A DNA stretch of 64,000 bases from an uncultured Cytophagales bacterium (GCA_963761725.1 CAVXHP010000006.1:445534-509533); one strand, 5' to 3'. Shown: positions 50,066 through 60,932, counted from the stretch's first letter. The notes: generated by a model from the sequence alone, not told the origin. Made by a program: numbers and translations.

Positions 50066-51616
50066 TTGACTTCTAAATCAAAAGGTACAAAAAATCAAAT
50101 GTATAAAAAATTTCTTTCTCAAACAGCCATTTATGGACTTACTGGAATAATTGGTAGATTATTAAACTACTTTCTTACACCTTTTTACACAGGCATTTTT
50201 TTACCTGATGAGTATGGTGGCATTTCGGTTTTTTATGCGTATGCTGCCTTGCTAAATGTCGTTTATACGCACGGAATGGAAACTACTTATTTTCGTTTTA
50301 TAGCCAAAAATAATGTACAAGAAGGTGAAAATAATGATAATAATTCACTTAAAAATGGAAAGCCTTATAATCTTTCTTTAAGTTCTGTTTTGTTTACTTC
50401 TCTTATTTTTAGCAGTCTAATGTGGATTTTTGCACAGCCAATAGCTACTTTCTTGGAGTATCCAGATAATGCTTTATTTGTAAAATGGTTTGCTGGTATT
50501 ATTGCTATTGATGCTATTGTTGCCATTCCATATGCAAGATTGAGAGCAGAAGGAAAAGTGATGAAATTTGCTTCTCTTCGAATGACTGTCATTATTCTTA
50601 CTCTTTTTCTCAATTTTTTCTTTCTTTATTTTTGTAAAAATAGTGTAGAAGGAACACAGTTTTTATTCTTTCAAGATTATGCAAAACTGATTTATGACCC
50701 AGAAATTGGTTTAGGATATGTTTTTTTAGCTAATTTAATTGCAAACTCTTCTGTCATTCCTTTATTATGGAAAGAATTTAAAGATTTTAGTTTTGCCTTC
50801 AATTGGAAAAGAGAATGGCAAAGTTTCAAACCTATGTTCTTGTATGCTTACCCTTTACTTTTCGCAGGAATTGCTTATGCGATTAACGAAGTAATTGACA
50901 GAACCTTATTACAAAAATGGCTTCCAGATAATTTTTATGAAGGCAAAACTTCAATGGATGCAGTCGGAATTTATTCGGCTTGTTACAAACTTTCTATTTT
51001 TATTACTTTGGCAGTTCAAGCCTTTAAATATGGTGCAGAGCCGTTTTTTTTCTCACAAGCAAGTCAGAAAGATTCGCCAAAAACGTTTGCTACAATTACC
51101 CATTTCTTTACGATTGTTTGTGTCTTGATGATGCTAGGCGTGAGTTTGAATATGGAATGGATAGCAAATATTTTTATTACAAATAAAGCCTATCACGAAG
51201 GACTTTTTGTTGTTCCGATTCTACTTTTGGCAAATATTTGTTTGGGATTGTATTATAATTTTTCGGTTTGGTTCAAGGTTTCTGACCGTACTCATTTTGG
51301 GCTTTGGATAAGTTTGGCTGGTGCAGCTATTACGATTAGTTTTAATTTTGTTTTGATTCCTTTTTATGGCTATTTTGGAAGTGCGATTGCTACTTTTGCT
51401 TGTTATTTTGTAATGGCTGCTTTGTGTTATCTTTTGGGTTGAAAATATCAACCTATTCCCTATCCAATTTTGAAAATGATTTTGTATTTAGGAATTTCTA
51501 CATTACTTATTTTTGTTTGTTTGAATATAGAATGGACAAATTTTTGGCAGAAACATTTAATTCAAAACGGATTGCTTGTTTTATTTTTAGTAGTTACAAT
51601 TTTGGTAGAATATTGA
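50066..51616 (+). CDS. Wzx-type polysaccharide/oligosaccharide flippase (MOP superfamily) containing an in-frame TGA at 51440-51442
   Basis: 12+ TM helices. After the TGA, the same frame continues for 58 codons with the typical flippase C-terminus (KYQPIPYPILKMILYLGISTLLIF...LVEY). Confidence 0.7.
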
Positions 51617-52021
51617 ACCTTTAAGAAATTGAAGAAGGTAGAGTAATTAATTATCAATGATAATTTTCTTGATAATTGCTAAAAAATTTCTTTAATAAAG
51701 AAACTTTTTCAAACTCATTTCCGTTATAGGTGTGTACTTTAATTTTATACCTTTCTCATTACTTGCAAAGAAGCACCTTTTTCCATCGATGATAGTTTTC
51801 GTTTAAGTACAGGAAACTTGAGATAAGAAAGAGGTGCTTTTTTTTGCCATTTTTTTCATAATAAATCCTCAACGACGGTTTCATTTGAACCTCGTTGACG
51901 GTTGATAAAAAGTTGAAGAACAGACGATGGAAAAAAAATAAAAATTTTTGTGTGGAATTTTGTTAGGTCGTGCATCTACTTAGCAAACAAACAAATTTAC
52001 CTCACTTTAATTTTTATAAGT

Positions 52022-53722
52022 ATGGAATATCTAAGAAAATCGCTAATAAAATTATCTTCAATTACGAAAGTCACTTTGATGGCTACTTCTACTTTATTTA
52101 TTGTATCGTGTAGTACAAACAAGACAGGTAATTATGAAATGGCTGATACTGCTAATAATGAAGCTCTGGAAGATGTAGCTTCTTCTACTACCAGAATAAA
52201 TAGAAGTATAGAGAAAAAAGAGATGGCTATAGAATATGCTGAAAGTGAAATGTACATAGCCGATGAAATACAGCAAAACACAGAAGAATATCAAAAACAA
52301 GTAGAAAATAAATTTATAGAAGTCTCAAAAGAAGCCTTATCTACTTTTTCTATTGATGTTGATAATGCTTCGTATTCAAATGCTCGTCGTTTTATTCAGT
52401 CTGGACAGCTTCCAAATCCTGATGCTGTTCGTATCGAAGAGTTTATTAATTACTTTGATTACGATTATGAAAAACCAACAGGAAAACACCCTTTTTCAGT
52501 AAGTACAGAAATTTCGGTTGCACCTTGGAATGAAAAACACAAACTTGTACACGTCGGAATACAAGGAAAAGATGTAGATTATGACAATCTTGCGCCTTCA
52601 AATTTAGTGTTTTTGATTGATGCTTCTGGTTCGATGTCAGCACAAAATAAACTTCCTCTTCTTCGTTCTTCTTTAAAACTTCTTCTTTCTCAACTTGGAA
52701 AAAATGACCGTATTGCGATTGTAGCTTATGCAGGTGCAGCAGGTTTGGTTTTGGAATCTACTCCAGCAAGTGAAACAGAAAAAATTATAAAAGCATTAGA
52801 TGCCGTTTCTTCTGGTGGAAGTACAGCAGGAGGAGCAGGAATACAACTTGCTTATAGTTTGGCGAAAGATAATTTGATAAAAGAAGGAAATAACCGAGTT
52901 ATTTTGTGTACCGATGGTGATTTTAATGTAGGTGTAAATTCTCCAAAAGCCTTGGTAGAAATGATTGAAACCAAACGAAACGACGGAATTTATTTGACTG
53001 TTTGTGGTTTTGGAATGGGAAATTACAAAGACCATCAAATGGAGGAACTTAGTAATGCAGGTAATGGAAATTATTTTTACATTGATAATATTCAAGAAGC
53101 AAAAAAGGTTTTCGTTACACAGATGAGAGCTACACTTTTTACGATTGCTAAAGATGTAAAGATTCAAATAGAATTTAATCCTGCAAAAGTAGCAGCTTAT
53201 CGTTTGATTGGTTATGAAAACAGAATGCTACAAAAAGAAGATTTTAACGACGACAAAAAAGATGCAGGCGAATTAGGTGCTGGACATACTGTAACAGCAT
53301 TGTATGAAATCATTCCTATTGGTGTAAAAAGTGAATTTTTGCCTTCGGTAGATGATTTGCGTTACCAAAAAAATGGAAATAAAGAAGAGAATAAAATCAA
53401 AGAATCTTATTCAGCAGCAGCTTCTTCTGACGAATTATTAAACTTAAAATTACGTTACAAAAAGCCTAATGAAGACACCAGTAATTTGATTGTCAATCCA
53501 TTGAAAGATGATAACATTGCTTTAGAAAAAACTTCTGATAATTTTCGTTTTTCGGCTGCCGTAGCAGAATTTGGAATGATTTTGAGAAATTCAGAGTTCA
53601 AATCAAATGCTTCTTACAATCAAGTTATTGATTTAGCCAAAAATTCAAAAGGAAAAGATACAGAAGGCTACCGAGCAGAATTTTTGAAATTGGTAGAAAG
53701 CTGTCAATTGATGTCTAAATAA
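52022..53722 (+). CDS. von Willebrand factor type A domain lipoprotein (YfbK-like: vWA N-terminal domain + vWA + DUF3520-like C-terminus)
   Basis: Signal peptide/lipobox (LFIVSCS), FSIDVDNASYSNARRFI...EEFINYFDYDY N-terminal domain and the vWA MIDAS (DASGSM...TDGDFNVG). The ORF track starts at 51950; the ATG at 52022 gives a cleaner signal peptide. Confidence 0.8.
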   Translation: MEYLRKSLIKLSSITKVTLMATSTLFIVSCSTNKTGNYEMADTANNEALEDVASSTTRINRSIEKKEMAIEYAESEMYIADEIQQNTEEYQKQVENKFIEVSKEALSTFSIDVDNASYSNARRFIQSGQLPNPDAVRIEEFINYFDYDYEKPTGKHPFSVSTEISVAPWNEKHKLVHVGIQGKDVDYDNLAPSNLVFLIDASGSMSAQNKLPLLRSSLKLLLSQLGKNDRIAIVAYAGAAGLVLESTPASETEKIIKALDAVSSGGSTAGGAGIQLAYSLAKDNLIKEGNNRVILCTDGDFNVGVNSPKALVEMIETKRNDGIYLTVCGFGMGNYKDHQMEELSNAGNGNYFYIDNIQEAKKVFVTQMRATLFTIAKDVKIQIEFNPAKVAAYRLIGYENRMLQKEDFNDDKKDAGELGAGHTVTALYEIIPIGVKSEFLPSVDDLRYQKNGNKEENKIKESYSAAASSDELLNLKLRYKKPNEDTSNLIVNPLKDDNIALEKTSDNFRFSAAVAEFGMILRNSEFKSNASYNQVIDLAKNSKGKDTEGYRAEFLKLVESCQLMSK

Positions 53723-53738
53723 GGTCTAAATAAAAAGT

Positions 53739-53778
53739 GCTTTTGTTGGTGTCGCTACGCTAAAACACCAACAAAGGC
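53739..53778. repeat. REP-like palindrome GCTTTTGTTGGTGTCGCTACGCTAAAACACCAACAAAGGC
   Basis: Same TTGTTGGTGT / ACACCAACAA stem family as 21276-21312 (loop in inverted orientation) and 5174-5203. Confidence 0.65.
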
Positions 53779-53884
53779 AAGGAAAAAATAAAATGCACTT
53801 GTGAAAAACTAAAATCAATCACTAAATTTACCTATTTTTAATTTTTAAAAAGTCATTCCTAATATAAGATTAGGAATGATTTTT

Positions 53885-54631
53885 TTAGAGTTTAGGCTTT
53901 ACTTCTTTACAAAATTCAATAAATTCTTGAAAGCTCTTTAAATGTGACGGTTCTTCTTTTATTCGTTTGAGTAATTGCAATAAATAATCTTCTTCTTGAA
54001 CATATTTTGGTCTGCTTTTGCGATAAGCTTGTCCTTTTAATCGTTCTTTGAAAATTTCTCTTAGATAACTTTCGTGAAATAATGCCTTTGTAGCGTAGCC
54101 AAAAATACGATTTTGATTTTCATCATCTTCTATAAATTCGCTTGCTAATTTTTCTGGATCATTTTTGAAAATATCATAATAATTTATATACTCTTTCAAA
54201 AGTTCGTTGTGTGGCTGGCGAGGAAAAAACTTTCTATTTCCTAAAAACCAAGTTTCGATACAGACTTTCTGAACAATAATATGAAATTTGCAATTTGAGG
54301 GAAGGTTTTTATACTCATATTCATTTTCTGTTTTATCAAGAATCTTTTGAATAAATTCATTTGCTTCTTCTCTTTTTTCATCTATTGAAAGTGCATCAGC
54401 ATCTAAAAATAAAACCAAATAATCATATTCTGGAAACTCATTTATCTCTTGAATAGCATCTGCAACTATATTATAACAATTTGGAATCCCCATATCACTT
54501 TGATAATGATAGTTATTTTTTGTTACTTCATCATAACTCTTAACTTCTGATAGTTTAGGCAAAAGTATAGAAAACCATTTTTTGTAAATAATGGGTTCTG
54601 TTTTTCCTTCAAATACAAAGTAAAAATTCAT
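53885..54631 (-). CDS. Toprim-like DUF4276-type protein (predicted nuclease partner of the upstream ATPase)
   Basis: 248 aa. N-terminal FVFEGKTEP (Toprim-type EGxTE glutamate) and LVLFLDADA (DxD) motifs. 5-bp gap from the ATPase gene on the same strand. Confidence 0.55.
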   Translation of the reverse strand: MNFYFVFEGKTEPIIYKKWFSILLPKLSEVKSYDEVTKNNYHYQSDMGIPNCYNIVADAIQEINEFPEYDYLVLFLDADALSIDEKREEANEFIQKILDKTENEYEYKNLPSNCKFHIIVQKVCIETWFLGNRKFFPRQPHNELLKEYINYYDIFKNDPEKLASEFIEDDENQNRIFGYATKALFHESYLREIFKERLKGQAYRKSRPKYVQEEDYLLQLLKRIKEEPSHLKSFQEFIEFCKEVKPKL

Positions 54632-54636
54632 AGCTT

Positions 54637-55752
54637 TTAATACTGATTTTCCAAAAGTTCGGTAAGTTGAATAAATGCTTTTTGTTTTGACTTGCCTAGT
54701 TTGTATTCAGAAGCATTTTTTGCCGAAATTACACCAGCCTTACGAGTTACAATTTTCCAATATTGATAAGGAAGCGCATTGATAATATACGGATGATGGC
54801 TTGTTGTAATAAATTGTATATTTTTATTTTCGTGGATAAGGTCTTCTGTCAGAATATCCATACAATTTGTTCCCAAGCTATTTTCAAATTCATCAATCAA
54901 AATAACAGAACCATCATTTGCCAAATAAATTTGAGCAATATGAATAATTGTACGCAGCATTCCAGAAGAAATATACTTTGCTTCAATTTCTCTTGGAACA
55001 CCTTTTTCTCTTATAGAAATAGTAATTTCCATAAAATTTTCTAGAACAGATTTGTACTTTCCTGCTACACGTACATCTTCTAATTGAGGAAAAGCCTCTA
55101 ATATTCTTCTTACTATTGAATGGCAAACATCTAAATTTGAAGCAAACGCTAAGTACAATTTAATTAAAATATCTTCATCACTATTTTTTATCAAGTCAAT
55201 TTCTATGTTTTTATATTTTTGCTCTAAATTAAAGAGTGAAATATCAAATGATTTTTCTCCTATTTCTTTTTTAGTATAATCATTCATTATTATTTTACGA
55301 AAGCCACTAACTATATTTTTTATATGAATATCTTTTTTTAGTAGAAAAAGTAGAGATTGATTATCTGGCAAATGAGGAAGTAAATTATCATTAAATTTTA
55401 TACTTTCTACATCTCTATTTATGATAAGTTCATCCTTGAGTCTTAAATTTTCAAATAAAATATTTCCTTCTTCCTTTTTTTCTCTCAAACTTATATAATG
55501 TATTTCTTCAATAACTGAAAATTTACCCTCCCAAACGTATTCATCTTCCTCTATCAAAAAAATTATTTTCCATTCAAATCCATTTACAGATTTTCCCTCA
55601 ATAATTCTTTTCAGATTATAAATAGATTGCAAAATTTGTGTCTTTCCCACACCAGAAAGCCCAACCAATAAAGTAGGATTGGTGTCAAACTGTATTTCTT
55701 CTAATTCCCAGCCTAATAAATGATTTTTGGCTTGTATGGATTTGATTATCAT
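54637..55752 (-). CDS. AAA_21 / ABC-type ATPase of the OLD-like family
   Basis: Walker A GLSGVGKT, ABC-signature-like ISSGMLR, Walker B ILIDEFENSLG and H-loop TTSHHP, with no transmembrane or transporter partner. Confidence 0.7.
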   Translation of the reverse strand: MIIKSIQAKNHLLGWELEEIQFDTNPTLLVGLSGVGKTQILQSIYNLKRIIEGKSVNGFEWKIIFLIEEDEYVWEGKFSVIEEIHYISLREKKEEGNILFENLRLKDELIINRDVESIKFNDNLLPHLPDNQSLLFLLKKDIHIKNIVSGFRKIIMNDYTKKEIGEKSFDISLFNLEQKYKNIEIDLIKNSDEDILIKLYLAFASNLDVCHSIVRRILEAFPQLEDVRVAGKYKSVLENFMEITISIREKGVPREIEAKYISSGMLRTIIHIAQIYLANDGSVILIDEFENSLGTNCMDILTEDLIHENKNIQFITTSHHPYIINALPYQYWKIVTRKAGVISAKNASEYKLGKSKQKAFIQLTELLENQY

Positions 55753-55883
55753 TATTGTTGATTTTATAAACTAATCTCTTACCCTAATTTCGTCAAAATA
55801 TCTCACAAAACAAAAGTAACATTTCTCTACTAGAAAAATGTTACTTTTTTTTAAAATCAAAATGGATTATTTACTTACAAATC

Positions 55884-58800
55884 TTAATCTCTCAAAATAG
55901 TAAGCCAATTTTTATAGGTATTATTTCTGTATTTGATTAAGAAATAATATTGACCTGAAGAAGCATTATCTCCATCCCACTCAAAATTGCGGTCTTTACT
56001 TTCGAAGAGCAATGTTCCCCAACGGTTATAAATTTCTACGCTCTGAAACTGGTCGTTACAATCATCTTCTGGAAGATTTGGAACAAAAAATGTATCGTTG
56101 AGTCCATCATTATTTGGCGTAAATACATTAGCAGGCTTAAAGTCAAGATTTACGGAAGCATCTTCTACAATAATAGTGAGTATTTTTGGAGTAGAAGCAC
56201 GCAAACCACAACGAGTAGTATCAGAAGCTGTAAAGACAACTTTAAATTCTTTTCTGAACGTTCCTTCTAAAATATCACACTCTGGAGTCCAAGTAAAATC
56301 ACTTTGAAGAATTGGAAAACCTCTTTTATTTTCATATTGCATTCCAAAATCTGACAAATTAAAGCCAACACCACGAGCTGACAAATCCAATCTATCTCCA
56401 TCGTTATCATTGGCAAGAGACGGAATAATTAGTTCTCGTCCTATTGTTGTTCGAACAACAAATTCATTTGGATTAGTAGTAGAAACTGAATCTATGTTTT
56501 GAAGCTCTAAAGTAGGAGGCGTATTTCTTGGATCGACAGTCAAGTCAAAACGAACTCGTATTGTATCTGTATAAATGACATCACAATTAGCAATATCAGT
56601 AACAATAAACTCAGCAACATAAGAAGTATCAGCATTCTGAAAACCAAGATTAGAACATGAAGGTTGCCAGCTAAACTCACTTATAAGATTAGGCGAACCG
56701 AATACATCCTCAAAACTCATATTCAAATCAGCAAAATTAAATCTTACACCATTTCCCTTCAAAGAAAGAAAACTATTATCTACATCTTCTCCAGTTACAT
56801 CAAAACGAACTACCTCATCTACCCGAACAGGACGAATATACAAATCTTGTGCAGCATCAAAAGTAAGATTTGCCGAAATTTCGGGTTCACGATTTGGATT
56901 TCTTTCGTACACTAAAATAAGTTTTACTCTGACTGTATCTCCTAATGATTCTTGACATTCATTAAAATCTCTAGTAATAAAATCAATCAAAAATTCTCTT
57001 CTAGGATTTGCGACAGGATTATTACCCAAATATTCACACAGCGTTTGCCAATTAAAGGTACTTTGGATAGGAGCAAAACCACTTACCTCTGGGAAAGTCA
57101 TTCCAACATCTGAAAGATTAAATCCTACTCCCTGTGCATACAGAAGAACACTGTCATTTTGAGCATCAAGTCCAAAAACATCAAAATTAATCGCATCGCC
57201 TACAAAAACAGTATCTACAAAAACATTTTCAAGAGCATTAAAAGTAGTTATTTCTGGTCTTGTTTCTGGTGCTGTATTATTTGGATCTGGAGGTAATACC
57301 ACCAATCGCACATCAATTTCTTCTTCTAATGAACCTTCACAAGTATTAAAATCCCTTACTCTGAATTTCAGATTTATTGGAACTCCAACAGGTATATTTG
57401 TTTGTTCACAGGTTGTGTTCCACACAAAATCAGTTGTCAAAATTGGTCTTCCACTTACTGTTCCGAATTGCATTTGATATTGAGTAAAATTAAATCCTAC
57501 TCCGTTTCCTGTAATTTGAATACTATCTCCATTTTGGTCATTACCTGTAAGTGTAAAACGATACGACTCTCCCAAAGTAAGCGTATCATAATATATTCTG
57601 GCAACAGAATCATAAGGAATAGAAGCTATAATGGTAGGTTTAATATTTGTACGAGGACTAAGAACTACACGCACTTTAATCTGTTTTGTAGAATCTGCAT
57701 TTCCACAATCATCATAATCTGTTACCCTAAAATCCATAATAAAAGTCTGTGGACGAGTAGGGTCTTGCAAATCTTGACAACTTGTATTCCACAAAAACTT
57801 AGAATTTATACTTCCAATTCCCTGTAAAGGAGAATATGTAATTGCCCTTCCAGCACGAGTAAAGTTTTCAGGAGTAAAAACAATACTCAAACTATCATTA
57901 TCTACATCAGTAGCATTTGTATTAAAATCAATTATTTCTCCTACAAAAACACTATCATATACATATTGATTCGTTGCAGCATCGAAAGTAAGGTTTGTAC
58001 TAATATTTGGTGCACGATTTTCTATCGTATCTTTTACTACTTTGATTTTCAGACAAGTTTGTACGCTTTGATTAGCATCACATTTTCTCTTATCGGTCGT
58101 AGTAAAACTAACATCAAATGTTCTTTCTGTTTCGTTTGGTGCTAATGTATTACAATCAGGACTCCAAAGAACTTGTCCTCTCAAGACAGGAACTCCTTGC
58201 CTTGCTCCTGTAAAACTTGCTCCTGCTGGCAAACCTGTTACGGTAATATTCAAAGAATCACCATTTGGGTCATCGGCTGTTGTATTGATTATCAATTGTT
58301 TGCCTGCTACTACTTCTTTTATATAACAATTTGTAATAGGGTCAAAGGTAGCATCAGTAACAAAAGTAGGCGGTCTATTGGGAGGACTTCGAACAAGCAC
58401 ATTTACACGAATAGTATCTAAAAGAGGAACTGCACAACTATTATCCAAAACAATGAAATCCATGATATAAGGTTTGTTTGGATCATTTGGATCTAAAGGA
58501 CATTCTGGAAAACAAACATTCAGAGATAATTCATCACCTTGTCCACTTATATTTCCCCCATTTTGCAGCAAAATACCACTTGCATCGGTAAAGTTAATAG
58601 GCTTTACTCGTGCAGTAATTACTGTATTTGGGTCAGAATCTGTAACAAAGAGATTTCCACATTTATCTTCGTTGGGGTCAAGAATAATTGTTGTTCCCTC
58701 TACATAACGAGTTGGCTCTGCATTCGCCTTAAAAGCTACGTTTGGTTTTGTAGCTGTCGGACAATCAATTACCAAAAGCTGATAATCCCTTCTTACCTCT

Positions 58801-59678
58801 CCTATTTTTACTCCATTTCTATATTCATCTACGGCAATTGCAAAAACGAAAAGTCCTGTCCTAGATGCTGTGAGAGAAAGAATCCCGTTACTATCTATTC
58901 GTAATGGAACACTACCTGGTACCATATTATTCAATCCTATTCCTGGTATAAAATTTACTGTTGAATAAGGAGCCGAGCTAGGTACATCTGGACGAGGTTG
59001 GTCGGCAGTACTACTACCGTTGATTGGAACAGTAAGACGATAACGAAGCTCATCACCATCTGGATCTCTACCACTAAAATCAAAGAAAAAAGGCTGATTA
59101 ACACATACATAATCACTAAGCGGTGGAAAAATTTCAGGTTCAGAATTGATGAATGGTCTTCTATTTCTATCCAATAATGCTGGAAATTCCAAATACATAG
59201 TCAGTCCTGCATTTTCTGGTTGAATTATATTACTAATAATATTATTTCTACAACAACGTTCCCAAACCATATAATACCCATCTTGATCATCGAAGAGATT
59301 TCTATTAAATGTAATATCACGTGCATAATAAATGCGTCGAACCAACAAATTACCAACCGCACAATCAGGATCAGTGTAAGGAACTGGTCTATCAGATACA
59401 CGAGGAATCTCTAATCGCAATACCAGTTGATTAGTTCGCTTAGAAAAAATACCTATGATAGCCGAAGCTCCAATTGCACCTGGATTTCCATTTACAGCAT
59501 CAAAATATTTTACCATTCCGACACGATATATATCTCCTCTGACATGTACAAACTCTAATTCTCCTCCAACAATATGTGTTGCAGAAGCTGAAAAATTTAC
59601 TAAAAGAAGTAAAGTAAATAAAAACGATAGAAAAACAAGTCGTTTTTTGGATAAGCTAGTGTAGATTAAATTTTTCAA
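55884..59678 (-). CDS. giant T9SS-sorted cell-surface repeat protein (adhesin-like; gliding-motility-associated C-terminal domain)
   Basis: 1264 aa. Signal peptide, at least six tandem ~110-aa Ig/cadherin-like repeats (N[RT].P...TFDA..N.Y......VGE.I.F...GSD.DNDSL...G.GF pattern) and a C-terminal type-B T9SS sorting domain (FTPNNDGLNDTFFVPNL...IYNRWGTLLFES...WDGD). The antisense ORFs inside it are spurious. Confidence 0.85.
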   Translation of the reverse strand: MKNLIYTSLSKKRLVFLSFLFTLLLLVNFSASATHIVGGELEFVHVRGDIYRVGMVKYFDAVNGNPGAIGASAIIGIFSKRTNQLVLRLEIPRVSDRPVPYTDPDCAVGNLLVRRIYYARDITFNRNLFDDQDGYYMVWERCCRNNIISNIIQPENAGLTMYLEFPALLDRNRRPFINSEPEIFPPLSDYVCVNQPFFFDFSGRDPDGDELRYRLTVPINGSSTADQPRPDVPSSAPYSTVNFIPGIGLNNMVPGSVPLRIDSNGILSLTASRTGLFVFAIAVDEYRNGVKIGEVRRDYQLLVIDCPTATKPNVAFKANAEPTRYVEGTTIILDPNEDKCGNLFVTDSDPNTVITARVKPINFTDASGILLQNGGNISGQGDELSLNVCFPECPLDPNDPNKPYIMDFIVLDNSCAVPLLDTIRVNVLVRSPPNRPPTFVTDATFDPITNCYIKEVVAGKQLIINTTADDPNGDSLNITVTGLPAGASFTGARQGVPVLRGQVLWSPDCNTLAPNETERTFDVSFTTTDKRKCDANQSVQTCLKIKVVKDTIENRAPNISTNLTFDAATNQYVYDSVFVGEIIDFNTNATDVDNDSLSIVFTPENFTRAGRAITYSPLQGIGSINSKFLWNTSCQDLQDPTRPQTFIMDFRVTDYDDCGNADSTKQIKVRVVLSPRTNIKPTIIASIPYDSVARIYYDTLTLGESYRFTLTGNDQNGDSIQITGNGVGFNFTQYQMQFGTVSGRPILTTDFVWNTTCEQTNIPVGVPINLKFRVRDFNTCEGSLEEEIDVRLVVLPPDPNNTAPETRPEITTFNALENVFVDTVFVGDAINFDVFGLDAQNDSVLLYAQGVGFNLSDVGMTFPEVSGFAPIQSTFNWQTLCEYLGNNPVANPRREFLIDFITRDFNECQESLGDTVRVKLILVYERNPNREPEISANLTFDAAQDLYIRPVRVDEVVRFDVTGEDVDNSFLSLKGNGVRFNFADLNMSFEDVFGSPNLISEFSWQPSCSNLGFQNADTSYVAEFIVTDIANCDVIYTDTIRVRFDLTVDPRNTPPTLELQNIDSVSTTNPNEFVVRTTIGRELIIPSLANDNDGDRLDLSARGVGFNLSDFGMQYENKRGFPILQSDFTWTPECDILEGTFRKEFKVVFTASDTTRCGLRASTPKILTIIVEDASVNLDFKPANVFTPNNDGLNDTFFVPNLPEDDCNDQFQSVEIYNRWGTLLFESKDRNFEWDGDNASSGQYYFLIKYRNNTYKNWLTILRD

Positions 59679-59858
59679 ATTGTATAAAATTCTAATTATG
59701 AGAATATGCTTAAATGTTGTCTTAGAAGGAAGTAATTCTTATTATTTCAAAATTACTGTTTATTTTTCCCTAAAAATACAATAAAAAAACCTTATAAGAC
59801 TAGCCTATAAGGTTTTTAACAAATCAAATGTATATTTTATAGTAATTTCTCTTAAAAA

Positions 59859-60020
59859 TTAAGATTTGAAAATGCTATAAAGAAGATAAATTCCTCCAAT
59901 AATTATAGCTCCAGTAAATACCATAGATAAAGTACCTACAACAAATCCGATAACTATTTTGATAGCTACAATGGCTACTACTACTAAAGCAGCCATCTTA
60001 ACGACTTTCATGATGTTCAT
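59859..60020 (-). CDS. small hypothetical membrane protein (53 aa, two TM helices)
   Basis: MNIMKVVKMAALVVVAIVAIKIVIGFVVGTLSMVFTGAIIIGGIYLLYSIFKS. Below the ORF-track length cut-off, but strongly hydrophobic. Confidence 0.4.
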   Translation of the reverse strand: MNIMKVVKMAALVVVAIVAIKIVIGFVVGTLSMVFTGAIIIGGIYLLYSIFKS

Positions 60021-60393
60021 ATTCTTTTTGGTTTGGGTGTAAAAATAGTAAGCTACTATTATTTTTTAATAATTTATTATTTTTTTCTACTCTTTTAACT
60101 AATGAATCAAGTTTCAAGATACAAAAAAATGAGTACTTTGTAAAAAATGTTTATTCCTACATAGTGTATGCTTAAGTGTACGCAAAAAGTTTGTAAAAGG
60201 ATATTTTTTTTTCTTATTTTAACTACATGGTAAGCAATTCGAACTATTTTACTTGTGAATGCTTTCTCACATAAAAAACTACTATTTTATCAAAAAAATA
60301 AACAAAAATACTGATTTTTTAGATATATTGTAAAGTATGTCCACTTAAATTAAACTATTTTTTAAAATCTTTATTTTTTAAGCGTACTAAATT

Positions 60394-60852
60394 ATGAAAA
60401 CAATGGAAACAACTAACGAATATAATACATTACCCTATGATGTAACTATCTTGCAGAACGATGAAATAGCTAATGTTTATTGGATTGCCGAAAAGAAGAC
60501 AATAGTTTGTGAAGCAGTAAATGAATACATGCCACAAGATGAGTTTAAGGTTTTGTTTAATAAAATCTCTGACCATGTAGCACAATACCACCCTGAAAAT
60601 TTTGTTTTTGATAAGCGAGCTTTAAAAGCGTTTCATCAACCTTCTATGGAATGGTATTTTACAGAATGGAAGACCGAAATGTCTCTCTCATATGGTTTGA
60701 AAAGACACCGTAAACTTTTGCCTAATATAACGTGGTTTGCACTTGCTGTGAAAGCAGGACGAGCAGAATTAGCTAGAAAATATCCAGACGGAGAATTTCA
60801 TAACCTTGATATTCAATATAAAGATACCATTTTAGATGCAATTGAGTCTTAA
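60394..60852 (+). CDS. hypothetical protein (152 aa)
   Basis: Clean ORF. No recognised motifs. Confidence 0.4.
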   Translation: MKTMETTNEYNTLPYDVTILQNDEIANVYWIAEKKTIVCEAVNEYMPQDEFKVLFNKISDHVAQYHPENFVFDKRALKAFHQPSMEWYFTEWKTEMSLSYGLKRHRKLLPNITWFALAVKAGRAELARKYPDGEFHNLDIQYKDTILDAIES

Positions 60853-60932
60853 TTATTTTTTTGTTATTATTGCAAAAGCCTTGTTTTGATAGTAAAATAA
60901 GGCTTTTTTTTGTGTATAATTGAAAGGAAACT

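Noticed and set aside
56098-59664. Several 60-140 aa ORFs on the plus strand inside the adhesin gene
   Set aside because: Antisense to a 1264-aa repeat-protein gene with clear domain structure. They are Cys/Ile-rich artefacts of the repeat codons.
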